Positions 12,858-25,550 of a DNA stretch of 64,000 bases are shown piece by piece. Each line of letters opens with the position of its first letter. The stretch's first letter is position 1. Origin of the DNA: Nemertoderma westbladi. Its lineage: Eukaryota > Animalia > Xenacoelomorpha. The notes under the pieces are model-generated. The model was not told the DNA's origin. It did not search any database and saw nothing but the letters and a program-made list of their open reading frames with translations. The stretch lies in assembly GCA_032718475.1 (NCBI GenBank), contig JAUCBJ010003086.1:1-64000 (forward strand), read 5' to 3'. A program made the position numbers and the translations under genes.

Positions 12858-14745
12858 CTGCCATGGGTTTCTTCTGCCGTGGGTTTTTCTGCCGTGGGTT
12901 TTTTCTGTCTTGGGATTTTTCTGCCGTGACTTTCTGCCGTGACTTTATATTCAATGTTTTCAATGTCAATTCAACTGTGACATATACTACAGGTGAAGTC
13001 AGCCACCCTACTGCATACGCATACGGTCAACCGAAATACAGTATATAAACAATATATAAAGATAACTTTGTTAAACAGAGAAGGGTGTTTTTATGTTTCA
13101 ACTGTTCAAACCATCTTTCAGGCAGTCAGGCGACACAGCAATGTAGGAATGACTTATGGAGATGCGATGTAGCTCCAAAAATACCAGAATCTCTAGATAT
13201 TCAAACCCATAGCGCTAAAATATTCGCAGATCAGTTCTCTTTCAGCTCTCGAGTCGAGTCCATAACTGTAGGATGTACTAGTACTATATGGTAACACCTC
13301 CGCTATGCTAGTGTTCGCGCTTTTAGACCTTTAGCAGTTTAACCTGCCAATTTTAGTTGTCCTCTTGTTTATAAATCGTCTTTAGCCTATATCAATTATT
13401 TAGTGTACTGAAATTACATCAGCCGAAGCCAGTCTGTGCGCGACCATTCACCCACAGTTAAGGGAGACTGGATTCGGATGCTTTGATAGTGATTGCAGTG
13501 TAGACCTACTGTATTATTCGATTGATCGTTACTATATAATCTCTGACAATATATTTACTTTCGGGGAAATATTAACAGTTCCTTTAGGACGTGGCGCTTT
13601 AAGTATAAAAACAGAGTTATGACTTATACTAATCACAACGAGATAGCTACTGAGTTTCGTAAAAAGCGCATTCTTTAGGAGATGCTTTATTAACCTTCAA
13701 ACTACTTCACACGACTTCACACTACTTCGCACTGATCTGCCGACCGTCACTGAATTTGATTATATATAAGGAGGATCGCAACTGACACATGTAGGGATTA
13801 TGAAATAGCATTTAATTCACACAAAAAACCACTATAATGTAAGTCGCAGTTGCTACCGGTAAACCTGTTCCTCTCACCTTCAGTAATCAAGAAGATTGGG
13901 GGTTTTATGATTATTCATCGGTATTCTCCAAATATATCAGCAATATACATTAACATAACACCAATTAATAACAGAAGCAAATAATGCGGTGAACAGTCAG
14001 TATGTGTTACTTATGCAGTGTTCCATGTGCAGCAATGTTGAATTGTAGAATGACAAGTATGATTCAGTAGTTGAATTGCGTTAATAGTTTTACGTTCTTG
14101 TAATCAAAGCCATCAGATGTTTAGGCCAAAGTCTGAAACTTCCACAACAGAAGTACAGAAGATTTCTCTAAGCCGGTTTTCTGGCTCAGAAAGGTAAACA
14201 AAGACCATAATGCATTGCGCGGTTTTCCATAGGCCCCTGTTCAACATAAAGTGAAAATCGCTCTGATTGGCTGAGCAGAACAAAGAGGTTCCACGTCTAC
14301 AGGAAATCAGCTGACAGATTTCGTCATCTGAGCTCCAATCTTTTAGAGTATTATGCGCATTGCGGCAAAAATGACTTGTTATGTCCGCTAAAGCACCTAC
14401 ACCGTGCATTGCGGGGAAAAATGACTTGTTATGTCCGCAAAAGCTTTTACAGCTAGGATCCCTGGATGAAGGCTCTGGAACTCACAGTGCACTTAATGTG
14501 TACCGTACTGTATGTTCTTGAATTACAGTAGGCCTACTACAGTATACAGGAACTGTAGTAAATCAAGTATGAATATTGAATAGGCAGGAAAAAGTCACGG
14601 CAGAAAAAACACAAGGCAGAAAAAAGTCACGGCAGAAAAAACACATGGCAGAAAAAAGTCACGGCAGAAAAAACCCACGGCAGAAAAACCCACGGCACAT
14701 AAAACCCACGGCACAAAAAACCCACGGCAGAAAAAACCCACGCCC
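12858..14745. mobile_element. Foldback/MITE-like element with inverted subterminal arrays (ttctgccgtgggtttt ... aaaaacccacggcagaa)
   Basis: ~15-bp motif repeated at 12858-12945 and in reverse complement at 14590-14745; AT-rich noncoding interior. Confidence 0.65.
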
Positions 14746-14749
14746 ACAC

Positions 14750-16816
14750 CAGGGGCGGATTAAGGACATTGCGGCCCGGGTGCACTTTTCCACTGGTGCC
14801 CCCCCCCCCCCCAAGGCTTGTCAAAAATTAATTGAGCTGCAATTAATTACAATTAATTGATTGCTCACTTTTGGATAATTTAATAATTGATTGGGCGATG
14901 TCCAATTAATTGAAAAATTGATTGATTAGATCAATTAATTGCACTTTATGACCATTGACTTCTTTATTCCAACATATGGAGCTTAGTAAAATTAATTAAT
15001 TGAAGCACAAATTTTCGTAAAATAAATAATAATAATATAATATAATATAAATTTTGAAATACTGTTACTAAACTATAATAAAATAAGTCACGGTTGATGG
15101 GGAAGTGGTTGGTCTACGCTCATCAGATACAGCGCGCATCTTAATGTAGACAGGTTGGCTGGCATTCCGGTGCATTGCAGGTAGCGGGCGGTAGATGTGG
15201 CTCTATTATTGCACAACATTGATCAGTGGGTCTCCAGCAGTTCGAAATTTTACAAATCCGATGGTGGCAGCCGTTCGCCATTAACTGGGCTGCTGCGCGG
15301 CGACGAAAACCGGTTAGGTCCACGAGATTTATTTCCGCGTCATCGCAGTTATCTATTGCGTTAAGGATTGCAGTTGACGACGAATATTTACTGATGCCGC
15401 ACCAAAGTTTGTAGATTGCAGTTTATACGCAATTAATTGCGTTATTTCAATTAATTGAAACGTTCTCGATTAAACGTTCCCTTTCCCATCTTAATGCCTC
15501 TCCGATTATTTAAAATAGTATACTGTACAGTTGTACAGTAGAATAAATAACCGAATCCACTGATAGCTCACCAGTCAACAGACCAGACCAACATCAAAGC
15601 AGTTAGAACTTGGCTGGACGATTATACTGTAAACTATAGGACTGTAAATTATAAGAAATATTATTAAAAACACAGTTGTTGCAGTTACAATACTAAATAC
15701 TACTGATTAATACGCATATAAACGCAAGCCATGAAAAATAATATACTATAGTATAATATACTGTATAGCATTGTGATACCATTATAAGAGGGAAGCCCTA
15801 TTGTATACGCTTACTGGGATATCCCAGCCGTCGAGTCCAGAGTCAGACAGCCAATAGAATCAACTCACCTTCAATATACTATATGTTTCCTTATCCTTGT
15901 CACTAATAAACTGCATAATACCCCATGTTAAATAAATACATGTTCTGGAATGAATTTACGACATTGCCTGCCACTCCCGTTGACTACTAAGAAGGGCCCT
16001 CCTATTTTGTTTCACTGGCATTCTTAACATTATACAGTTGCAATACATGTTGTACCCTTGTAAAACGAGGATCCCAGCAAAATCCGCGGATCCTGTTGCG
16101 GATACCATAGAAGCAATGACGGATCCCAGTAGGATCCGCGGATCCGTGGTTTCTAGGATCCGCGGATCCTACTGGGATCCGTCATTGCTTCTATGGTTAT
16201 CCGCAACAGGATCCGCGGATTTTGCTGGTATCCTCGTTTTACAAATGCCCATACATGTTAGCATTGGATGGAAACCCTGTCCAGGCGGGCCACACATCTG
16301 GGGCTTCCCCAATACCCAGCCGGCTACTCCAGTGCCACACAACCAATAGAATCAACTCATGTGATTTAATAACAAAATGGTTTGTAAGTGGCATATTCCG
16401 TTAAAAATAATGTCATAAATGATGTATAAATGATGTATAAAATAATGTATTTTATACATTACTAGCAGGCAATACCCGAGGCATGTAACCAGGTATTTCC
16501 CGCTACCGGCATATGCCTACTGGCGTACTGGTACCGGTATAGGCCTACTGACGTACCGGTACCCACTATCGGTAGCGAACGTGAATTAAACTTTTCGAAA
16601 AGTGGCCTATAACGACCGCTGGTTAAAGTTATACACACATGCCAAATCCCAGCGCAATCCCTCCGCCCGTTTTGAAGGAGTTCGAACACACAGAGAGAGA
16701 GAGAGAGACAGACAGAATTTGATTTTTATAGGTATAGATATTGCCAACTAGCGGCCCCTTGGCGGCGGCGGCCCGGGTGCACCTGCACCCATTGCACCCC
16801 CCTTAATACGCCCCTG
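14750..16816. mobile_element. Non-autonomous hAT-like DNA transposon with 8-bp TSD, containing nested insertions
   Basis: TIRs caggggcggattaagg / ccttaatacgcccctg; perfect flanking duplication GCCCACAC at 14742-14749 and 16817-16824. Confidence 0.85.
16058..16244. repeat. Near-perfect ~187-bp palindrome (hairpin MITE) with internal ggatccgcggatcc motifs
   Basis: ttgtaaaacgaggatcccagcaaaatccgcgg... mirrored by ...ccgcggattttgctggtatcctcgttttacaa with a ~10-nt loop. Confidence 0.9.
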
Positions 16817-17189
16817 GCCCACACAAAATTGACGTCTCAATCGGATTTAATTACATTTCATATGCACACTATCTGATAGATAGATTTATTTATACATTAT
16901 GTAAAAACAATAACAAATACACCAAACAATGTACCGGTATAAAGGTATTGTCCAACATAACATATAGGATTACCCCTAAAGCTTTGCAGCTTATTTCCAA
17001 GGGGGTCCTTTATGTTACTGGTTACAAATACAATATTACACTACGCTAACCTAAAACCAATATAAAACGTAATTACACTATGTACATGGTACAACTTTAC
17101 CAAGAGCGTGACAATCTCCGACTCAACGATAAAGATGTAATGTACAGAACAATTTATTATAAAACGTAATTACAGTATAAATAGTAAAT

Positions 17190-18410
17190 AATTAATAAAC
17201 TAAAAATAACTTACTGTAGGACTATTGCACCTATTTTTACATTGCACACGGAGGTGAGATTTAACTGCAGATTTAAAAGAATGTTGATTATCTAGGTTTT
17301 TAATTTCATTAGGCAGAGCGTTCCAATTTTTAATGCCGTTACAAAAGAAAGTATCAGATTCAAAGGATTTACAATTCGGGAGGTAGATGTTAGCGAATTC
17401 AATTCCGCTAACCACCCCATAAAGTTGGGCAAGCGAGGCCTTTAAGCAATATTGGGGAGTACGAAGTTGATTGCCAATCGACCTCGTATCACCCCCAATA
17501 AACGGGGACGACAAACCCCAAAGGGCCACACACAATGGGGGTCAGAGGTTACACCTCCGGGAGAGGGAAAGTGACAGTGGAGGGGGAAAACACTCCCGCA
17601 GAGAGATAGGAGGGCGAGAATTGGGTTATAAGCCAATGGGGGGCAGGCATCCGCTGAGTAATACGGCCAACCCAGTGCAGTATATTACCCATTGATGCTT
17701 CTCATTCATTCAGTCAACTTAGTCAGTTCAGTTAGGGCAGAACGGTAACCTTTATTACCGTTGCCGCCACCACCATCAATATTTTACCGGTATATTCTGA
17801 TTTCACCATCAACTGTGCTATCTGTCTATTCATTTATTCGATACTATATTTTATATCCATCAATAACATCGGAACGATAACAACACAACAAACTCTTTCA
17901 CTGGCGGGGGCGGCGGGGACGCGTAAATAAACCACACCGGTCGGGATTCTCGGATCCCGTCACAGTAGAAGTTTGAAGCACTAGCTCTGGTACTGTAAGA
18001 GTGTTATCGCGTACTCTGTTGAATTTTTGTTTTAGGTAATTGGGACATTTACCATTATACACTTTATGCACATGGTTAAGGCGTAGCTGCTTAACTCTAC
18101 TATCTAAGTTAAGTAGTCCAGATTCAGAAAAGTCATCTGGAGTTAGGTGGTGCCTAGGTTTGTAGTCTTTAATAAATCGTACTACTTTATTCTGAGCTAC
18201 TTGTAATTTACATTTAAGCTGTTTGGTTAAGCCTTCATGTACCAAGAAGAGCATTCATAGTCCATGTGACACTGTATTAAAGAAGAGCAAAGTAACTTGC
18301 GGGAGTCGGTGTTTAAACTATTTTTGTTTCTGTATAGAAACCTAAGCCTACTGTTAACTTTCGGGAAAATATTTTTCACTATGCTTTCTCCTGATAAGCA
18401 GTTATCTGCT
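17190..18410 (-). mobile_element. 3' fragment of a CR1/L2-type LINE ORF2, interrupted by a solo LTR
   Basis: KLQVAQNKVVRFIK and TFFCNGIKNWNALPNEIKNLDNQHSFKSAVK are typical LINE ORF2 C-terminal motifs; removing 17388-17964 restores NFYLPNCKS. Confidence 0.75.
17388..17964. mobile_element. Solo LTR (577 bp) with 5-bp TSD
   Basis: Termini TGTTAGCG...CGTCACA (TG...CA); GTAGA duplicated at 17383-17387 and 17965-17969. Confidence 0.85.
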
Positions 18411-18676
18411 TTTTTATTTCTGTATTATTATTATTAGGCATAGATTATAGTTATAGATACAGTACTTATACTTACTTACCACTGTACACTTATTGATTTG
18501 ATATTTACTGATACAGCTCTTCGTAATTGTAGACACAATTTCTGTAGTACCTGCCTGTCTGTCCGTACAGTATGTCACTTTTTACTTGTAAGTTTAGAAG
18601 TTGTAGGCCTATAACTTTTATGCAGTAATTTGATGTACCGGTACCGGTACTGGGACTTATTTAGTGGAATAGCCAG

Positions 18677-19024
18677 ATGGAGATCGACGCAGATGAAAAT
18701 GCAATAGGAGATACCGGTAGGCCAAATGCAGGCCTACCGGTACCGTTAGAGCCCGGAAAGTTGTTTACATTAAAGAAATGGAATGCGGTTGCGTTATGGA
18801 GTTGGGACGTCCAATATGATTCCTGTCCAATATGCAGGTCTGATATGACCAGTGTCTGTACTTTTTGTCAGGCAGAGGGCGGAGGCAAGACCGAATGCGT
18901 TGTGGTTTGGGGGGATTGCAACCACAGTTTCCATAACTGCTGTTTAAAACGTTGGCTTGAGTCAGATAAAACAACATGTCCGCTGTGCCAGCGGCATTGG
19001 AACTTCCAAAGAATAGGGAAATAA
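18677..19024 (+). CDS. RNF7: RING-box protein 2 (RBX2/SAG/ROC2), cullin-RING E3 ligase subunit, intronless CDS
   Basis: FTLKKWNAVALWSWDV, CVVVWGDCNHSFHNCC, CPLCQ..W.FQRIGK match RNF7 including the C-terminal QRIGK. Confidence 0.9.
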   Translation: MEIDADENAIGDTGRPNAGLPVPLEPGKLFTLKKWNAVALWSWDVQYDSCPICRSDMTSVCTFCQAEGGGKTECVVVWGDCNHSFHNCCLKRWLESDKTTCPLCQRHWNFQRIGK

Positions 19025-19511
19025 CCCTGGTGCAACCTGGTCAGACTCTCAGATCATGGTTATTGTTGTCAACCAGCCTACCTCTGCAACCCAGATCTCT
19101 GCAGTCCACGCAAATGTCTTGCTGACTAATATATCCAACCACCTTAAAACTTTCTTAAACAAAACATCTATCTCTTTGTATTATAAATATTGTACAACTC
19201 TCATTATTTACCGTTACAGAGTAATCGGAATATTAATATTATTATAAAATTTGTTGATACATTATGTCAACTTATCAGCGTTATTGTGTGGTGTGGTGAT
19301 CACGTCGTAACGCAGCAAACTGGCAAAGTACCTCTTTGAAGCGTAGCGGCCTATAGGACGGGACGCTTCAAAGTAAACACTAACTTAGTAACAATAAACT
19401 TCTAGAACACGTCTTGAGTTTTCATTCTCCATTGATGATAGCCATTGATTGTAGGCTAAGTGTAAGATTATTTACTGTAAAGTTGTTACAGAAACTGCAA
19501 TTAATTACATG

Positions 19512-19728
19512 GGATTATCCTGTTTGGGGGCCTCCAAAACCAGGCAGGTTAGTAAAGGAGTAGGTTACAGAGGCGAGTTGAAAGGAACCAAAACAATAAA
19601 CGTGATGAATGTTGTAGAATAGAAAATCAACTTTAAAACCAAATTTAATTGAGAATCAACAGTCCGATGTCAGGATGTATAGACCTACCGGAACTCTGAA
19701 TAGACTGGAGGCCCCCAAACAGGATAGA
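19512..19728. mobile_element. Small MITE-like inverted repeat element
   Basis: atcctgtttgggggcctcca / tggaggcccccaaacaggat inverted pair; interior (ggttacagaggcg...aaccaaaacaataaacg) recurs at ~20855-20900. Confidence 0.5.
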
Positions 19729-20249
19729 GCCAATTACAAAAATGATGCGAATTTCATTAGTATTTCCTACACATTTCAATATTAAAGCTAATGTAGCTTT
19801 CGGAACGGCGATAGGTTGACATATTGTAACAAAATTACGCACACCAATGTGTGAAAAGGACACTATTCAGCGTTTATGACCCTTGTATATTTATGTGAAC
19901 CTCTTCACTGTGTTTACTCGGTACATAAATAGACTCGGTCATAACGCTGAAAAGTGCTACCTTTAACACAATGATGTAAATAGTTATTGACAGATAGCTT
20001 ATAGCTTTATTTATATATGATATAAAAATAATAACATAACACGGATACATGACCGAACGTAATCAGGATCGAATGTATTATCCTGATTGATCCTGATTAC
20101 GTTCGGTCTGTCACACACATGTCTGTCACACCAATGCAAATAATGTAGGTATTGTTCTACATAACATAAGATTTCACATAAAGCTTTTCAGCTTATTCTC
20201 AAGGGGGGTCCTTGGCTACCAATTAAAGTCATACCAATATTGATGAAAA

Positions 20250-21230
20250 TTTCACCAAAAATTATATTACACCAATTTTAATAATGTGACCCCAAAAAAA
20301 ATTATTCAGCACCAAATAAAATAAAGTCACCCCAAATAGAATAATTCAAACTCCAAAATAAATTTTTCAACACCTCACCAGAAATAATTATTCAACACCA
20401 AAATCAATTATTCAACACCAAAATAAATAAATGCTTCCCAAAACCAATTATTCACACCAAAATAAATGACAAAACCCCCAAAATAAATACAAATTTTCCC
20501 AAAATAAATGCAAATTTTCCCAAAATAAATACATTTTCCCCCAAAATAAATACATAATCCCCCAAAATAAATACATTTCCCCCAAAATAAATACATAATC
20601 CCCCACAATAAATATATAATCCCCAAAATAAGAGCTTATTCCCCCAAAATAATCAAATATTCTACCAAAATAAACAGACTCTTAGTTACAGACTATTGGT
20701 ACGAGGGTCGTCTGGTGAGTATAAAACAAAGAAGACCCAAGACTTTAATGCCCGTTGTGTACAAAACAAAGAGGTAAAGTCGAGTAAAGGCACAAGAGCG
20801 TTAGGTCCCAAAGAGCGTTAGGTCCCAAATAGCGTAGGCCCCTGCAATTTATAGGAGCAGGTTACAGAGGCGTATTGGGAGAACCAAAACAATAAACGAA
20901 AGCTAACACATGTTACAGGATTATGCAGGTTACTTAATTGGGTCTTTGTTTTGTACTCACACCTGAGGATCGTGGGTATAACATGATTAAACATGGTTTT
21001 TGGGGGTTGAATAATTGTTTTTGGCGTATGAATAAGAATAATTATTTTTGGGGGATGAATAATTGTTTCTTGGGAATGAATAATTGGTTTTTGGGGGTTG
21101 AATTATTGTTTTTGGGGGATGAATAATTGTTTTTGGTGAGTGAGATATTCAAAATTGGGGGATGTCAATTGGTGCTACAAAAAAATATTTGTGCTAAATA
21201 ATTTTTTGGTGTGAAATAATCTAATTTGAG
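20250..21230. repeat. Foldback-like element: (ccccaaaataaat)n array and inverted (attattttttgggg)n array around a central inverted-repeat insert
   Basis: ~21-bp degenerate units at 20290-20670 and reverse-complement units at 20995-21210; inner pair gtgagtataaaacaaagaagacccaa / ttgggtctttgttttgtactcac. Confidence 0.6.
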
Positions 21231-21340
21231 GTGAGGTGGCATTCAATTAGTGGCGTATACAATTACACGCTATTCTAAAACCAAAATAACGTAATTAAAG
21301 TATCAATAAAAAATCATTAATAACCTAATAACTTACTGTA

Positions 21341-23900
21341 CTGCCGTTGTTTGGCAATACACTCTATCTCAAAATTTTCAAAAAAAATTTTATTTGATCA
21401 ATTGGGGTAACTTGACACGCTCTTTTCAATGAAACTAAGAAAACTGGGGTGTTCCTTTCACGAAATCGGACTTTTTCAATCTTAAAACACCCCATGGCAG
21501 CATCTCAAATCAACGGCTGCGAGGCAAAACACCTCATAGCTAAATTCGACCATATAGGGTGCTTTGCCTTGTTAACTCCGTCGACCAAATAACCCTATCC
21601 TTGAGTTAGGGTTTTTTGCCTTGCGCTTTACTTTTAAGCCAATCAATTATTTAAGGAATTGACCAATCAGAAGTAATATCCTTTGTCATTTAATAACATT
21701 TATTTACACTACTTAAAGGTAACTCTGTCTGGCGGGTAATTAATTTTAGTTCTTTTAATTTGACCTGGCGCAAATTAATTTACCCTATCTAGTTATATTG
21801 ATTTTTGTTAGGAATTTACTCTTTATTACAACCAACAATGTACTAACAGTCTTGTAAGTTTTAAGGGGAAATTGAGTTTGACAATAATGACGAGGAAGAG
21901 AATCTGGATACGTTTTTTGGATTTGTTATTACATCAGAAGGAGAATAGGAACTGGGACAAATGGAGTAGTTGGACGCGGGGCCTGGGATGGGTGATGTAG
22001 TGTTAGGTACTGGGGAAGCGGAAGGTGAAGAAGGAGAACTAGATGGAGTTCTTGTTGGAACTGGGGACGGTGGAATGGTTGTTGGAACTGGGGAAGGTGG
22101 AGTGGTTGTTGGAACTGGGGAAGGTGGAATGGTTGTTGGAACTGGGGAAGGTGGAATGGTTGTTGAAACTGGGGAAGGTGGAATGGTTGCTGGAACTGGG
22201 GAAGGTGGAATGGTTGTTGGAACTGGGAAAGGTGGAATGGTTGTTGGAACTGGGGAAGGTGGAGATATGGTTGGAACTGGGGAAGGTGGAGATGTGGTTG
22301 GAACTGGGGGAGGTGGAATTGTTGTTGGAACTGGGGAAGGTGGAATGGTTGTTGAAACTGGGGAAGGTGGAATGGTTGTTGGAACTGGGGAAGGTGGAAT
22401 GGTTGTTGAAACTGGGGAAGGTGGAATGGTTGCTGGAACTGGGGAAGGTGGAATGGTTGTTGGAACTGGGAAAGGTGGAATGGTTGTTGGAACTGGGGAA
22501 GGTGGAGATATGGTTGGAACTGGGGAAGGTGGAGATGTGGTTGGAACTGGGGGAGGTGGAATTGTTGTTGGAACTGGGGAAGGTGGAATGGTTGTTGAAA
22601 CTGGGGAAGGTGGAATGGTTGCTGGAACTGGGGAAGGTGGAATGGTTGTTGGAACTGGGAAAGGTGGAATGGTTGTTGGAACTGGGGAAGGTGGAGATAT
22701 GGTTGGAACTGGGGAATGTGGAGATGTGGTTGGAACTGGGGGAGGTGGAATTGTTGTTGGAACTGGGGATGGTGGAGATGGGGTTGGAACGGGGGAAGGT
22801 GGAGATGTGGTTGGAACTGGGGAAGGTGGGGTGATTGTTGGAACTGGGGAAGGTGGAGATGTGGTTGTAACTGGGGATGGTGGAATGGTTGATGGAACTG
22901 GGGAAGGTAGAATGGTTGCTGGAACTGGGGATGGTGGAGATGTGGTTGGAACTGGGGATGGTGGTGTGGTTTTTCGAACTGAGGAAGGTGGCATGGTTGT
23001 TGGAACTGGGGATGGTGGAGATGTGGTTGGAACTGGGGATGGTGGAGTGGTTGCTGGAACTGGGGAGGTGGAATGGTTGTTGGAACTGGGGATGGTGGAA
23101 TGGTTGTTGGAACTGGGGAAGGTGGAATGGTTGCTGGAACTGGGGAAGGTGGCATGGTTGTTGGAACTGGGGATGGTGGAGATGTGGTTGGAACTGGGGA
23201 TGGTGGAGTGGTTGCTGGAACTGGGGATGGTGGAGTGGTTGCTGGAACTGGGGAAGGTGGAATGGTTGTTGGAACTGGGGAAGGTGGAATGGTTGCTGGA
23301 ACTGGGGAAGGTGGAGTGGTTGTTGCAACTGAGGAAGGTGGAATGGTTGTTGGAACTGGGGATGGTGGAGATGGGATTGGAACGGGGGAAGGTGGAGATG
23401 TGGTTGGAACTGGGGATGGTGGTTAAATAAATACCTTTACTTTTTGTATTTATTTGGGAAGGAATTAATTTTAGTCATCTCATCATTCATAATTTTGACT
23501 TCTTGTTGACATGGCAATACACCCCAACTCCAGCAAGCTCTAAACTAATAATACGTGATACAAAATGCTCTACAAAACATGCTGGCAGAACAAAAAATCA
23601 CGGTTTTATACTAGTTTCTATGAAACCAGAACCATTGGTTAAACACCCTAACTCCAACAAATCAGCTTACATTGAATGGCAAAACACCCTATAATTTTAT
23701 TTCATCACTTTAATCCCATTTTCGTCATCTCTCACCATCTATTCTATTAAAAAAATCGAAGTTAGCCTGTTAAGTTCCCTTAGGACCCATTATCAGCGAT
23801 TTCTCACAATGTCTTCAATGTTGAATTAGGGGAAACGCGTTTAGGTTAATATCTCAAAATGTGTTTTTTTAGGATAGGGTGTATTGCCAAACAACGGCAG
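21341..23900. mobile_element. TIR DNA element copy 1 carrying an internal 27-bp minisatellite
   Basis: TIR ctgccgttgtttggcaatacac(t/c)ctatc at both ends; near-identical direct-orientation copy at 36584-39252. Confidence 0.85.
22050..23423. repeat. 27-bp minisatellite (ggaactggggaaggtggaatggttgtt), reads as PSPVPTTIP on - strand
   Basis: Period-27 repeat with higher-order blocks; stop-free in several frames, which explains the overlapping long ORFs. Confidence 0.9.
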
Positions 23901-24326
23901 TGTAGTACTATAGTAGTACTGTAGTATTTAATTTTACCATGCACACAGGTGAGATGTAACTGCCGATTGAATAATTAATCATTTAAATCATTGTGTGAAA
24001 AGTAGCACTTTTCAGCGTTTTGATCCGAGTGTATTTATCGATATTTATGCGAGCGTAGCGAGTGAGGTATACTGTACAGTACATCATAAATATACAAAAA
24101 AAAACATTTTTGAAAAGAAGAAGCCTATTTGTTTTCTATGTAATAAATAATTTTATTTGATTTCAATTTCCATTGCCGTGATTATAGGGGCCTTAATTAT
24201 AAAATTGGAAAATAATCTTACAGATATTGAATTTGGATCCATGGCGAATCGGCTAATGCAGAATGGCATTTATGGAAAACGAAAATCATACATGTTTTAA
24301 TATTGGATTGGTATAATTTGTAACAG

Positions 24327-25550
24327 TTAAGTTGTATTAAATGTTTCTAGAAGTGCATCTTTTAGTAGAATGTAATCTTCTTTCTTGTTATAAACACTGC
24401 AAGATATCCTTATCCAGCGTCTGCCATTAAAACTGTAGAACCAAGGAACAACCTTGTTATTAGTCATAAATGTGAAATTCAATTCTATTTCTTCCTCATG
24501 CGGTATTGGATCTCCGGGAATCTCTATCATTCTCATACAAGGCGCTTCCATACTCCTCGGTATCTCCAGTTTATTGGTTCCCAAGGCTTCTGCTATCATC
24601 TCCTGAGCCCAAGAGATTAGAGGCTCAACGTAACCGTGAATGGCGTTAAACCCACCGATTGATTTATGGAAGTCGACTCCTGCTGAAGCGCTCAGGTAGT
24701 TACTGATGTCCTGAGTGCCTTGATCGAAAAACTTGTCCTGAAAAGTTCCTTTATAGGAGTGACTTGTAACTAGAGGTTTAACAGCTGTTTGGTACTCCGG
24801 TCGTACCCACATAACAGCACACCCTCTAGGCGCAAACGCCCACTTGTGTAAATTTCCAACGTAGTAATCAACTCCAGCCTCTTCCATTTCCTTGAGGTCT
24901 ACCGGTATTTGTCCGGGGCCGTGAGCTCCATCCACTACAATGACCACGTTCAACTCCTTTAAAGTCGCAGCGATTCTGACGACCGGCCAAAGAATCGCAC
25001 AACAACTACTGATGTGGTCCAATACTACAACTCTTATAGATCTGTTAGAGGAGCACGTCTTGTAGTAAAGGTCTACGATTTCCTCTTCTGATTTGATTGA
25101 CAAGGGGACTTGTAAATTGATAACGTTCGCTGCATGTTTCTTAGTTACTTCATCTACAGTGTATCCGGTCGAGGTATATGTATGTGTCTGTCGCAGAATT
25201 GTACTGTTGCAATCTAATTGTAAACTATTGATGATCGTGCTGATTCCAGTTGAAGTGTTCGCGACAAAAACTACGTCTTTTTTGTCAGAATTAAGAAACG
25301 AAGCAGTTCTTTCCAAAGAGGCGTTATATAGATCGCGCCATGTATCGCCGCTAAAGTAATCAGGTTTCTTCTCCATTAAATCAATCAGCTGATATTTATA
25401 ATTGAGAACTCGTTTAGGACAGACACCATAGGAGCCGTGGTTGCAGAACGTCATGTAATTAAATGACAAACAGAATTCTTTCCTAATATCATCTCCGAAT
25501 GAGGGAACATCCTCGTTTCTGTGATCTAACGATTCATAAACTACCTCCAT
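24327..25550 (-). CDS. Class-V PLP-dependent C-S lyase (Egt2 hercynylcysteine sulfoxide lyase / L-cysteine desulfhydrase / isopenicillin N epimerase family), type A, intronless
   Basis: NHGSYG, DHISS, VDGAHGPGQ, GNLHKW (PLP lysine) motifs; 407-aa complete ORF. Confidence 0.88.
   Translation of the reverse strand: MEVVYESLDHRNEDVPSFGDDIRKEFCLSFNYMTFCNHGSYGVCPKRVLNYKYQLIDLMEKKPDYFSGDTWRDLYNASLERTASFLNSDKKDVVFVANTSTGISTIINSLQLDCNSTILRQTHTYTSTGYTVDEVTKKHAANVINLQVPLSIKSEEEIVDLYYKTCSSNRSIRVVVLDHISSCCAILWPVVRIAATLKELNVVIVVDGAHGPGQIPVDLKEMEEAGVDYYVGNLHKWAFAPRGCAVMWVRPEYQTAVKPLVTSHSYKGTFQDKFFDQGTQDISNYLSASAGVDFHKSIGGFNAIHGYVEPLISWAQEMIAEALGTNKLEIPRSMEAPCMRMIEIPGDPIPHEEEIELNFTFMTNNKVVPWFYSFNGRRWIRISCSVYNKKEDYILLKDALLETFNTT

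Noticed and set aside
21929-23430. Long ORFs (QQPFHLPQF, VVGTGEGG, WLLELGKVE) here and at 37169-38779 as host genes
   Set aside because: Produced by a stop-free 27-bp repeat inside a duplicated TIR element; open in many frames at once.
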